Part shown: positions 1 through 9,288 of the stretch, piece after piece
How positions within the stretch are numbered: position 1 is the first letter of the stretch
Layout: every line of letters begins with the position of its first letter
From: Faecousia sp.
Lineage (GTDB): Bacteria > Bacillota > Clostridia > Oscillospirales > Oscillospiraceae
DNA: 64,000 nucleotides
Direction: 5' to 3'
NCBI GenBank assembly: GCA_045589835.1
Contig: JAZNPV010000094.1
Location: 2,389 to 66,388, forward strand
The notes under the pieces: model-generated
The model's database searches: none
Told to the model about the DNA's origin: nothing
What the model saw: only the letters and a program-made list of their open reading frames with translations
Position numbers and translations under genes: made by a program

Positions 1-309
1 TACGGACCACAGACCCAACTGGGTCAGAATACCGGCCAGAATCGCGGGAATTTTCAGCTTGGTATGTAAGAAGCCGGTTGCCAGACCGGCGAGCATACCG
101 GCCAGAATCGCTGCCAGCATCGCAATCCAGACATTGCAGCCAGCCACCAGCATCATGGCGCATACTGCACCGCCGGTACAAAAGGATCCGTCAACCGTCA
201 GATCGGAAAGATCCAGCAGTTTATATGTAATATACAGGCCTATGGCCATAATGCCCCAGATAAGGCCCTGCGCCAACGCGCCGGGAAGGGCATTGATAAG
301 GCTTGTCAT
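1..309 (-). CDS. ABC transporter permease, runs off window edge
   Basis: ATG at 309 with GGAGG RBS; hydrophobic translation with GIMAIGLYITYKLLDLSDLTVDGSF motif; lies downstream of a substrate-binding protein gene. Confidence 0.85.
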   Translation of the reverse strand, partial: MTSLINALPGALAQGLIWGIMAIGLYITYKLLDLSDLTVDGSFCTGGAVCAMMLVAGCNVWIAMLAAILAGMLAGLATGFLHTKLKIPAILAGILTQLGLWSV

Positions 310-376
310 ATGTTATCCTCCAATTTGTAAAGGAGGCGAGATGGACAGCCACCTCGCCCCATTATGTACGTAAAAC

Positions 377-1336
377 TTACTTCTGTTCGATAGCAGTGTA
401 GCCCTCGGGAGCAGTCAGGCCCAGAGCACCACAGATCTCAGCGTTATACTTCTTGGTGAACTTTTCGGAATATGCCACGGGCATGGTAGAAATATCAGCC
501 TCGCCCTTCAGGATCTGTGCAGCCATCTTACCGGTGGTCACGCCCAGATCGTAGTAGCTGATAGACAGGGTTGCAACACCGCAGCCGCCGCAGATACCCT
601 CTTCACCGGCAATAACAGGCACCTTCAGATCCCGGCAAACGCCGTCCACAGTACCGGTAGCAGAAGCAACCGCATTATCGGTGGGAACATAGATTACATC
701 GGATTCGCTGGCAGCCTTCTGGGTCACAGCCTGCAGATCGTTGGTATCCGCAAAGGGATACTGCTTGCAGGTGATGCCCAACGCTTCCAGTTCCTTCTGA
801 ACTGTGTCAACCTGATACTGGGAATTGGCCTCAGCGGAGCAGTACAACAGGCCTACATTCTTAGCATCGGGGAACCACTCCTTGATCATAGCCGCCTGCT
901 GATCCAGAGGTGCCAGATCGGAAGTGCCTGATACATTGCCGCCCACAGTGCCGCTGAAATCCTTAATTTCCAGTGCAACACCGTACTCGGTAACGGAGGT
1001 TCCCAGAATTGGAATGTCAGTGGTAGCCGCAACCGCAGCCTGCAGGGCAGGTGTTGCATTGGCCATAATCAGGTCTACCTTATCGGAAACAAACTGCAGA
1101 ACGATGGGAGAACAGGTTGCGGTATCACCGCCGCCCATCTGCACATCAAATTCGACATTTTCTTCACCCAGCTCTGCTTTCAGAGCATCCATGAAGCCCT
1201 CAGTGGCTGCGTCAAGCGCTTCGTGAGGTGTCAGCTGGCAGATACCGATCACATATTTGCCGTCATCCTTAGGCTGGCAGGCGGTCAAAACTGCCAACAT
1301 AAGCACCGCTAAAATGATAGCCAATATTCTTTTCAT
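377..1336 (-). CDS. ABC transporter substrate-binding lipoprotein (ABC_sub_bind, Trp/Tyr type)
   Basis: Lipobox LTAC; HEALDA, ANATPA, GTSD and VPTDN motifs; AGGAG RBS before ATG at 1336. Confidence 0.9.
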   Translation of the reverse strand: MKRILAIILAVLMLAVLTACQPKDDGKYVIGICQLTPHEALDAATEGFMDALKAELGEENVEFDVQMGGGDTATCSPIVLQFVSDKVDLIMANATPALQAAVAATTDIPILGTSVTEYGVALEIKDFSGTVGGNVSGTSDLAPLDQQAAMIKEWFPDAKNVGLLYCSAEANSQYQVDTVQKELEALGITCKQYPFADTNDLQAVTQKAASESDVIYVPTDNAVASATGTVDGVCRDLKVPVIAGEEGICGGCGVATLSISYYDLGVTTGKMAAQILKGEADISTMPVAYSEKFTKKYNAEICGALGLTAPEGYTAIEQK

Positions 1337-1549
1337 TATCATTCTCTCCTTTTCATAACACCAAAAGGTGTATTTGATTGTCATACTATAGCACTTTTAA
1401 GCCGTTCTGTCAACCGAAATTCCACAAATCACGGACATTTATTTTTCTACGGAATACACACAGTCTTTTTGATCCATACGTTTGTTTTCAACATTTTACA
1501 TAAACATAATAAAAAAACTCCCAAAAACAGAAAAATAATAAAAAAGGTA

Positions 1550-1578
1550 TTGACATTCTATAGAATATTCTATATAAT
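1550..1578 (+). promoter_or_regulatory. Sigma-A promoter of rplJL
   Basis: Perfect TTGACA-17-TATAAT. Confidence 0.85.
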
Positions 1579-1582
1579 ACAC

Positions 1583-1691
1583 GAGTTGCCAGAGACAGCA
1601 GGTGGCAAAGGCCGTAAATCCTGCCGAGGTGCGTAAATAGGTTATATTTGCGTGTCTTTCTGTCTGTTGGCAGGAAGACACTTATTTTTTT
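1583..1691 (+). ncRNA. L10 ribosomal protein leader with attenuator hairpin
   Basis: AGACAGCAGG...CCTGCCGAGG stem, then GTGTCTT/AAGACAC hairpin and U-run, directly upstream of rplJ. Confidence 0.8.
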
Positions 1692-1707
1692 CGGAGGTGA
1701 AACACAC

Positions 1708-2238
1708 ATGCCCAACGCAAAGGTTCTTGAGAGCAAGAAGGCGGTTGTCGAGGCTCTGACCGGCAAGATCAAGGAAGCCACTTCCGTAGTCTTCGTCGAT
1801 TACAAGGGTATCACTGTTGCTCAGGACGCTGAACTGCGTAACCAGTTCCGTGAAGCTGGCGTGGAGTACTCCGTTGTTAAGAACACCCTGACTCGTTTCG
1901 CTGCAAAGAATGCAGGCTACGATTTTGACGTGGTTCTCAACGGCACTACCGCTATGGCCAGCACCACCGGCGATCCCATCGCTCCCGCTCGTATCGTATG
2001 CGAGTACGCTAAGAAGAACAAGCTCCCCATGGCCATCAAGGGCGGCATCGTTGAGGGTTCCGTACTGAGCGCAGCCGAGCTGAACGGTTTCGGCGAACTG
2101 CCCAGCAAGAACGCTCTGGTCGCACAGGTTCTGGGTACCTTCCTGGCACCTATCTCCAGCCTGGCTTTCGTCCTGGATCAGATCCGGGAGCAGAAGGAAG
2201 GCGGCGCTCCCGCAGCCGAAGCTGCTGCAGAAGCCTAA
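1708..2238 (+). CDS. rplJ: 50S ribosomal protein L10
   Basis: DYKGITV, VVKNTL, IKGG motifs; GGAGGTG RBS. Confidence 0.97.
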   Translation: MPNAKVLESKKAVVEALTGKIKEATSVVFVDYKGITVAQDAELRNQFREAGVEYSVVKNTLTRFAAKNAGYDFDVVLNGTTAMASTTGDPIAPARIVCEYAKKNKLPMAIKGGIVEGSVLSAAELNGFGELPSKNALVAQVLGTFLAPISSLAFVLDQIREQKEGGAPAAEAAAEA

Positions 2239-2293
2239 TCTGTTCGTAAATCAACATCAAACACAACTTATAATTATTTAGGAGGATATTACC

Positions 2294-2668
2294 ATGGCTA
2301 GTGAAAAGATCACTGCTCTCGTTGAGGAAGTTAAGGGTTTGACCGTTCTGGAGCTGTCCGAGCTGGTTCACACTCTGGAGGAAGTTTTCGGCGTTTCTCC
2401 CGCTGCCGCTGCTGTTGCCGGCCCCGCTGTTGCCGCTGCTGCTGAGGTTGAAGAGAAGACTGAGTTCGACGTCATTCTGAAGTCCGCCGGCGCTTCCAAG
2501 CTGAACGTCATCAAGGTTGTCCGTGCCGCTACCGGTCTGGGCCTGAAGGACGCCAAGGATCTGGTTGACAACTGCCCCAAGACCCTGAAGGAAGCCATCT
2601 CCAAGGAAGATGCCGAGAAGCTGGTTGCCGAGCTGAAGGAAGCTGGCGCCGAGGCCGAGCTGAAGTAA
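2294..2668 (+). CDS. rplL: 50S ribosomal protein L7/L12
   Basis: [27 protein letters not shown]. Confidence 0.98.
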   Translation: MASEKITALVEEVKGLTVLELSELVHTLEEVFGVSPAAAAVAGPAVAAAAEVEEKTEFDVILKSAGASKLNVIKVVRAATGLGLKDAKDLVDNCPKTLKEAISKEDAEKLVAELKEAGAEAELK

Positions 2669-2694
2669 TTTTACTTCACCTACACAGAAAGAAC

Positions 2695-2725
2695 AGCCGT
2701 CGGTTCCATACCGGCGGCTTTCTTG
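2695..2725 (+). terminator. Rho-independent terminator after rplL
   Basis: AGCCGTCGGT-loop-ACCGGCGGCT followed by TTCTT. Confidence 0.75.
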
Positions 2726-2755
2726 CATATTTCTCGCTTTCGACCGGAGGCTTTT

Positions 2756-3562
2756 ATGGAAACCATCGTAAACTATTTTGATTCCCTGGGACTTGATTTT
2801 TGGTATCTGCTGAAAATCGGCGGCATCCTTTTGCTGGGAACACTGCTGACCAGTTTGTTCGGGCGCTTTATTTTTGGCAAAAAGTCAGCCCTAAATAACG
2901 CTGTATCCTCTGCCATCGGAATTCTGTTTATCTACGCTTTGACCGTGGTGGTTAAAAGCTTCGGTGCCCAATTTGAATCATTTTTATCTCCCCTGCCCTA
3001 TGTGACCATCTCGGGCGATACCCTGCTGCTGTTCTCATTTTCGGGCAGCGACTACACTATTATCTGCTCGCAGGTTCTGAGCATGATTATTCTGGCATTT
3101 CTGGTGAATCTGGTAGACGGCTGGCTGCCCCGGGGCAAAAATGTGATCACCTGGGTATTTTTCCGGTGCCTGACTGTGCTGGTAGCAGTATTTCTGCATT
3201 TGATCGTTACCGGGCTTTTTACCACATATCTGCCTGAAGGCATTGTTACTTATGCCCCGGCTATTTTGCTGGCACTGCTGCTCCTAATGCTGCTGACCGG
3301 CGCGCTGAAAATACTGGTGGGTGTAGCCCTCTCAACGGTTAATCCGCTGATCGCTGCTCTGTACACCTTTTTCTTTGCTAATGTGATCGGCAAGCAGATT
3401 ACAAAAGCCGTGCTTACCACTACGCTGCTGACGGGACTTGTGCTGGCGCTGCAATATTTCGGCATTGAATCCGTAAGCATTGCATCTGCCGCGCTGATTG
3501 CCTATATTCCCTTTGTTATCGTTCTGGTGATCCTGTGGTATATTGTCTGCCGTGTGCTGTAA
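2756..3562 (+). CDS. Hypothetical polytopic membrane protein
   Basis: GGAGG RBS; about 8 hydrophobic segments; no motif recognised. Confidence 0.75.
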   Translation: METIVNYFDSLGLDFWYLLKIGGILLLGTLLTSLFGRFIFGKKSALNNAVSSAIGILFIYALTVVVKSFGAQFESFLSPLPYVTISGDTLLLFSFSGSDYTIICSQVLSMIILAFLVNLVDGWLPRGKNVITWVFFRCLTVLVAVFLHLIVTGLFTTYLPEGIVTYAPAILLALLLLMLLTGALKILVGVALSTVNPLIAALYTFFFANVIGKQITKAVLTTTLLTGLVLALQYFGIESVSIASAALIAYIPFVIVLVILWYIVCRVL

Positions 3563-3591
3563 AATCCGGGCCTATCTTTGAGGTGATTGCC

Positions 3592-4800
3592 ATGAAACGC
3601 ATCGTCTGTGTTTTTCTGATACTGCTCATTTCTCTCACGGGCTGCCAGAGTGCCGTCCCTGCGCAGGCACCTTCTCCCTCCGTTACAACCACTGCGCTAT
3701 CCCCCACCCAATACATATCTGTGATGTCACCATCTGTCCCTTCCCAAACTGCAGCTCCTGTCCAGACAGAAACGCTTCCCCCGCCTACAGAACCCGGCTT
3801 TGACCCCTATGCAATTATAGAGACTATGACGGTTGAAGAGCTGGTCGGTCAGTTATTCCTTGCCCGATGCCCCGACGGCGGCGTTGCGGAAACCGAGCTG
3901 CAAAAATATCATCTGGGTGGATATATCCTTTTTGGCCGTGACTTTGAGGCCCAGACTCCCGATTCGATCCGCCAAACCATATCCAGCTATCAGGCGCTTT
4001 CCGATATCCCCATGCTGATCGCCGTGGACGAAGAGGGCGGCACGGTTTGCCGGGTCAGCAGCCGTACCGCATTTCGCAGCAGCCGTTTCCTATCTCCCAG
4101 AAATCTGTATGCGCAAGGCGGACTTGACTTGATTCTGGAAACAGAACAGGAAAAATGCAATCTTCTCACCTCTCTGGGCATCAATGTGAACATGGCTCCT
4201 GTCTGCGATATCACCACTGACCCCAATGCTTTCATGTACAGCCGTTCTCTGGGGCAGAACCCCCAGGTCACCGGTCAATATGTAGCTGCTGTGGTGTCTG
4301 CCATGTCCTCCGGCATGACCGGCAGCGTTTTAAAACACTTTCCGGGCTACGGCAACAATACGGATACCCACACCGGTATTGCCGTGGACAGCCGCGCTCT
4401 GGAGGTTCTGGAAGCTGCAGATCTGGTCCCGTTTCGTTCCGGCATTGCCGCAGGCTGCGACGCAATCCTCATCAGCCACACGGTTGTGAAGTGTCTGGAC
4501 AGCACCCTCCCCGCCTCCCTGTCCCCTGCCGTGATCGGTTATTTGCGAAACACCATGGGCTTTGAGGGCGTGATCGTTACGGACGATCTGGTGATGGATG
4601 CCATTACCGATCGGTACGGCGCCGGTGAGGCTGCCGTATTGGCAGTTCTGGCTGGAAACGACCTGCTTTGCAGCAGCGAATATGCCATTCAATATAATGC
4701 TGTGCTGGATGCTGTCAACGCAGGACGGATCTCCTTGGCTCAGGTGAAAGCATCTGTTGCCAGAATATTGCAGTGGAAGTACGATCTGGCTCTGATTTGA
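3592..4800 (+). CDS. nagZ: GH3 beta-N-acetylhexosaminidase lipoprotein (NagZ-like)
   Basis: Lipobox LTGC, Pro/Thr linker, AVDEEGG, KHFPGYG..DTH and TDDL motifs. Confidence 0.88.
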   Translation: MKRIVCVFLILLISLTGCQSAVPAQAPSPSVTTTALSPTQYISVMSPSVPSQTAAPVQTETLPPPTEPGFDPYAIIETMTVEELVGQLFLARCPDGGVAETELQKYHLGGYILFGRDFEAQTPDSIRQTISSYQALSDIPMLIAVDEEGGTVCRVSSRTAFRSSRFLSPRNLYAQGGLDLILETEQEKCNLLTSLGINVNMAPVCDITTDPNAFMYSRSLGQNPQVTGQYVAAVVSAMSSGMTGSVLKHFPGYGNNTDTHTGIAVDSRALEVLEAADLVPFRSGIAAGCDAILISHTVVKCLDSTLPASLSPAVIGYLRNTMGFEGVIVTDDLVMDAITDRYGAGEAAVLAVLAGNDLLCSSEYAIQYNAVLDAVNAGRISLAQVKASVARILQWKYDLALI

Positions 4801-4938
4801 CAGAAAAATTCTTCCAACAGCCCTTATTCGTGCATTTTTTTCTTTACAAATGCGCCGAATGTATTATAATAGGAAAGTAAAAGCACCTTGACCAAGTGTT
4901 TCTGCGTGACTCTATTTTTCAGATTGGATGTGTTCTTT

Positions 4939-6135
4939 ATGAGCCGGATGTTAGGTACTGTTTCTATGGGTGTTCGCGCGCCAATTATTCGCGAGGGTGA
5001 TAACCTGGTGGAGATCGTCACTGGTTCTATTTGCGAAGCTATGAAGTCCGACGGACTGACCCCCCGCAACCGGGATATTGTTGCCATGACCGAGGCCATC
5101 GTTGCCCGTGCCCAGGGTAACTACGCAAGTGTGGACGATATTGCCGCAGATGTTCGCACCAAATTCGGCGGCGATACTGTGGGTGTCATTTTTCCCATTT
5201 TGAGCCGCAACCGTTTTGCCATTTGCCTGCGGGGTATTGCAAAGGGCTGCAAGAAGATCGTACTGATGCTCAGCTACCCCTCTGATGAAGTGGGCAACCA
5301 CCTGATCGACTGGGACATGATGGATAAGCACGGCGTGGATCCCTATCGGGATGTGCTGACGGAAGCACGTTACCGCGAAATGTTTGGCTATGTTAAGCAC
5401 CCCTTCACCGGTGTAGATTATGTGGAGTACTATTCCGAGCTGATCCGCTCCTGCGGTGCTGAGGTGGAAGTCATTTTTGCCAACGATCCCAGAGCTGTTT
5501 TGAATTACACCAAGAAGGTTCTCAACTGCGATATCCATACCCGCGCACGTACCAAGCGCCTGCTGATCGCAGCCGGTGCGGAATGTGTGTACGGTCTGGA
5601 TGAGATCATGACCGCCCCTGTAAACGGCAGTGGCTACAATGACCGCTACGGTCTGTTGGGCTCCAACAAGTCCACCGAAGACAAGGTCAAGCTCTTCCCC
5701 CGGGAGTGTCAGGATCTGGTTCTGGATATTCAGGCCAAGCTGCTGGAAATAACCGGCAAGCATATTGAAGTCATGGTCTATGGCGACGGTGCCTTTAAGG
5801 ACCCCGTTGGTAAGATCTGGGAGCTGGCTGACCCGGTGGTCTCCCCTGCCTACACCCCCGGTCTGGAGGGTACTCCCAACGAGCTGAAGCTGAAGTATCT
5901 GGCTGACAATGACTTTGCCGACTTGTCCGGTGAAGCTCTGCGGGATGCTATTAAAGAGAAGATCCAGCAGAAGGACGGCTCCAGTCTGGTTGGCAATATG
6001 GCCGCGCAGGGCACCACGCCCCGCCGCCTGACCGACCTGATCGGCTCTCTGTGCGATCTGACCTCCGGCTCCGGCGATAAGGGCACCCCCATCGTCTATA
6101 TTCAGGGTTACTTCGATAATTACACCAACGACTAA
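4939..6135 (+). CDS. CofE-like F420-0:gamma-glutamyl ligase family protein
   Basis: PIIREGD N-terminus, GTTPRRLTDLIGSLCDLTSGSGDKGTP C-terminus. Confidence 0.85.
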   Translation: MSRMLGTVSMGVRAPIIREGDNLVEIVTGSICEAMKSDGLTPRNRDIVAMTEAIVARAQGNYASVDDIAADVRTKFGGDTVGVIFPILSRNRFAICLRGIAKGCKKIVLMLSYPSDEVGNHLIDWDMMDKHGVDPYRDVLTEARYREMFGYVKHPFTGVDYVEYYSELIRSCGAEVEVIFANDPRAVLNYTKKVLNCDIHTRARTKRLLIAAGAECVYGLDEIMTAPVNGSGYNDRYGLLGSNKSTEDKVKLFPRECQDLVLDIQAKLLEITGKHIEVMVYGDGAFKDPVGKIWELADPVVSPAYTPGLEGTPNELKLKYLADNDFADLSGEALRDAIKEKIQQKDGSSLVGNMAAQGTTPRRLTDLIGSLCDLTSGSGDKGTPIVYIQGYFDNYTND

Positions 6136-6145
6136 CGATACAAAA

Positions 6146-6187
6146 ACAGCACGTTATGGTTTTTCCGTAACGTGCTGTTATTTTTTC
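6146..6187 (+). terminator. Terminator after the CofE-like gene
   Basis: AACAGCACGTTATGG / CCGTAACGTGCTGTT inverted repeat plus T-run. Confidence 0.8.
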
Positions 6188-6343
6188 TGAAACTCTGCCA
6201 TTATGGTATACTGCATTGCCGGCAAGTGCAATAGTATTTTAAAAATCACAGGCAAAAAACTCTATAATCATTTTATTCTGCTGCTTTTTTCGCAAAACTG
6301 TTGACTTTTTCACTATTTATGCTAAAATATTAAAGATATTGCA

Positions 6344-6553
6344 AAGGCAATGCGGAAACCAGAGGGATACTGATTACTTCAGCGAGAGGGGAACGGTGCG
6401 AGCCCTTGTATGCGTATCTCTCAGCCACTTCCAAGCCGCCCGGGAGGACCGGGCCGGTAGCTCCCGTTACAGAGCAGCTAAGATGCCGCATTTGTGGTGA
6501 ATTAGGGTGGTACCGCGATTCTCGTCGCCCCTAGGTTTAGGGGGCGGCGTTTA
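6344..6553 (+). ncRNA. T-box riboswitch (Ala) upstream of alaS
   Basis: T-box AATTAGGGTGGTACCGCG at 6500-6517; stem I with GCGAGA and GGTGCGA elements; candidate GCC specifier at 6424-6426; terminator 6523-6552. Confidence 0.92.
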
Positions 6554-6584
6554 ATTTTTGTAATTTATTATGGAGGTTTTTCCA

Positions 6585-9224
6585 ATGGCTAAGAAAGCAT
6601 ATGGCGTAAATGAGCTGCGCGAGATGTTTCTGTCCTATTTTGAGAGCAAGAACCATCTGCGTCTGCCCAGCTTTTCGCTGATCCCCCAGAACGACCAGTC
6701 TCTGCTGCTGATCAACTCCGGTATGGCACCCATGAAGCCCTACTTTAAGGGCGAAGTGGAGCCTCCCCGCCGCCGCGTCTGCACCTGTCAGAAGTGTATT
6801 CGTACCGGTGATACCGAGAACAACGGCAAGACCGCCCGCCACGCCACATACTTCGAAATGCTGGGCAACTTCTCTTTCGGCGATTACTTTAAGAAGGAAG
6901 CCATCGCATGGAGCTGGGAGTTCCTGACCCAGGTGGTAGGTCTGGAAGAGGATCGGCTGTATCCGTCCATCTACGAAAACGATGAGGAAGCCTTTGAGAT
7001 CTGGAATAAGGATATCGGTATTCCCGCGGAAAACATTTTCCGCTTCGGTAAGTCCGATAACTTCTGGGAGCATGGCTCCGGTCCATGCGGCCCCTGCAGT
7101 GAAATCTACTATGACCGCGGTGAGAAGTACGGCTGCGGCAGCCCCGACTGCAAGGTGGGCTGTGAGTGCGACCGGTTTATGGAAGTCTGGAACAACGTGT
7201 TCTCCCAGTTCGACAACGACGGACAGGGCAACTACACCGAGCTTGTCCAGAAGAATATCGATACCGGCATGGGTCTGGAGCGTCTGGCTGTTGTGTGCCA
7301 GGATGTGAACAGCCTGTTTGACGTGGACACGGTTATGAACATTACCAATCATGTAACTGCCATCACCGGCGCTTCCTACGGTCAGAGCGCAAAGACGGAT
7401 GTTTCTCTGCGTGTTATCACGGACCATATCCGTGCCTCCACCTTTATGATCGCTGACGGCGTACAGCCCACCAACGAGGGCCGTGGCTACGTGCTGCGCC
7501 GTCTGCTGCGCCGGGCTGCCCGTCACGGCAAGCTGCTGGGCGTCAATAAGCCGTTCCTGTACGAAGTGGTGTCCACCGTCATTCAGGAGAACGAGATCCA
7601 CTACACCTACCTGCGTGAGCGTGCGGAGCATATCATCCGGGTGGTCAAGAACGAGGAAGAGAACTTCAACCGTACTATTGATACCGGTATGCGTATTTTC
7701 GGTGAGAAGCTGGCTGCCCACAGGGCAAACGGCGAAACCCTGTTCTCCGGCGACGATGCATTCCTGCTGGCCGATACCTACGGTTTCCCCATCGACCTGA
7801 CCATCGAAATGCTGGAAGACGAAGGCATGACCGTGGATATGGACAGATTTACTGCCTGCCGTGAAGAGCAGCGCGTACGGGCCAGAGAGGCCCGCAAGGC
7901 GCTGGGCGATCTGGGCTGGGCCGGCATCGACTTTGGTTCTGAAGTCACTGCTACCCAGTTTATTGGCTATGAAGTAAGTAACTGCAATGCAACTGTTGTG
8001 GCTGTCTGCGTAGGTGAAGAGGTCACCGGCTCCATCACCGGCGGTGAAAAGGGTGTTATCGTGCTGGATAAAACTCCCTTCTATGCGGAAATGGGCGGTC
8101 AGGCTGCTGACCACGGTGTGATTCTGGTTGGCGAAAGCCGTTTTGAAGTTACCGATGTGCAGAAGGACAAGGGCGGCAGATACCTGCACAATGGCGTTAT
8201 GCGCAGCGGCACCATCAAGACTGACGATATGGTCTGCGCATCCATCGATGTAGAACGCCGGAAAGCTATCATGCGTGCCCACTCCGCAACCCACCTGCTG
8301 CAGAAGGCTCTGAAGAGCGTACTGGGCGACCATGTGCATCAGGCCGGCTCTCTGGTAGAACCCGACCGTCTGCGTTTTGACTTCAGCCACTACAGCGCGG
8401 TGACTGCGGAAGAACTGGCAAAAATCGATAGCATTGTCCAGTCCGCTGTTCTGGAAGGCTATTCCATTGATGTGCGGGAAATGCCCATTGAAGAAGCCAA
8501 GGCTATGGGTGCTATGGCGCTGTTCAGCGAGAAGTACGGCGATACCGTCCGTGTGGTCAATATGGGCGGCTACTCCATTGAGCTGTGCGGCGGTACCCAT
8601 CTGGATAATACCGCCAAGGTCGGTCCTTTCCGGATCGAGAGCGAAGGCAGTGTGGCATCGGGCGTACGCCGGATCGAGGCTGTGACCGGCAAGGCTTGCC
8701 TTGCGGAGATGGAGCTGGCACGGCAGAGAGTGTACAATGCCTGCGCGATCCTCAAGACCAAGCCTGCGGAACTGGCTGCCAAGCTGGAGAGTCAGGTAGA
8801 AGAGATCAAGACCCTGAAGAAGACCATTGAATCCATCAAGGCCCGGGAAACTGCCGGTGAGGCTGACCGGTTCCTGTTCGGTGCAAGAGCTGTTGGCGGC
8901 CTGCATGTGATCACGGCGACTGTGCCCGATGCAGACGCGGGCAAGCTGCGCCAGATGGGCGATACCCTGCGGGATAAGGCTTCCGATGTGGTGGCTGTGC
9001 TGTCTTCTGTCAATGATGGAAAGATCACCTTCCTGGCCGTCTGCGGCAAGGATGCGGTAGCCAAGGGACTGAAGGCCGGTGAGCTGGTGAAGCTGGTCTG
9101 CACCACCTGCGGCGGCAGCGGCGGCGGCAAGCCCGACTCTGCTATGGGCGGGGGCAAGGACATCAACAAGATTGATGACGCGCTGGCCCTTGTAGACGAC
9201 TTCGTGGCTTCCAAGGTACAGTAA
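6585..9224 (+). CDS. alaS: Alanine--tRNA ligase
   Basis: FEMLGNFSFGDYFK, IDTGMGLER, HSATHLL, ELCGGTH, GVRRIEA, GGGGK. Confidence 0.98.
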   Translation: MAKKAYGVNELREMFLSYFESKNHLRLPSFSLIPQNDQSLLLINSGMAPMKPYFKGEVEPPRRRVCTCQKCIRTGDTENNGKTARHATYFEMLGNFSFGDYFKKEAIAWSWEFLTQVVGLEEDRLYPSIYENDEEAFEIWNKDIGIPAENIFRFGKSDNFWEHGSGPCGPCSEIYYDRGEKYGCGSPDCKVGCECDRFMEVWNNVFSQFDNDGQGNYTELVQKNIDTGMGLERLAVVCQDVNSLFDVDTVMNITNHVTAITGASYGQSAKTDVSLRVITDHIRASTFMIADGVQPTNEGRGYVLRRLLRRAARHGKLLGVNKPFLYEVVSTVIQENEIHYTYLRERAEHIIRVVKNEEENFNRTIDTGMRIFGEKLAAHRANGETLFSGDDAFLLADTYGFPIDLTIEMLEDEGMTVDMDRFTACREEQRVRAREARKALGDLGWAGIDFGSEVTATQFIGYEVSNCNATVVAVCVGEEVTGSITGGEKGVIVLDKTPFYAEMGGQAADHGVILVGESRFEVTDVQKDKGGRYLHNGVMRSGTIKTDDMVCASIDVERRKAIMRAHSATHLLQKALKSVLGDHVHQAGSLVEPDRLRFDFSHYSAVTAEELAKIDSIVQSAVLEGYSIDVREMPIEEAKAMGAMALFSEKYGDTVRVVNMGGYSIELCGGTHLDNTAKVGPFRIESEGSVASGVRRIEAVTGKACLAEMELARQRVYNACAILKTKPAELAAKLESQVEEIKTLKKTIESIKARETAGEADRFLFGARAVGGLHVITATVPDADAGKLRQMGDTLRDKASDVVAVLSSVNDGKITFLAVCGKDAVAKGLKAGELVKLVCTTCGGSGGGKPDSAMGGGKDINKIDDALALVDDFVASKVQ

Positions 9225-9232
9225 ACAGTTTG

Positions 9233-9261
9233 AGGGCGCTGCCGGTTAGGCAGCGCCCTTT
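9233..9261 (+). terminator. Terminator after alaS
   Basis: AGGGCGCTGCC-loop-GGCAGCGCCCT then TT. Confidence 0.75.
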
Positions 9262-9288
9262 GAACAAATATGAAAGGAGAAAGACGCT

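Noticed and set aside
6537-8906. 789-aa minus-strand ORF
   Set aside because: Antisense shadow of alaS
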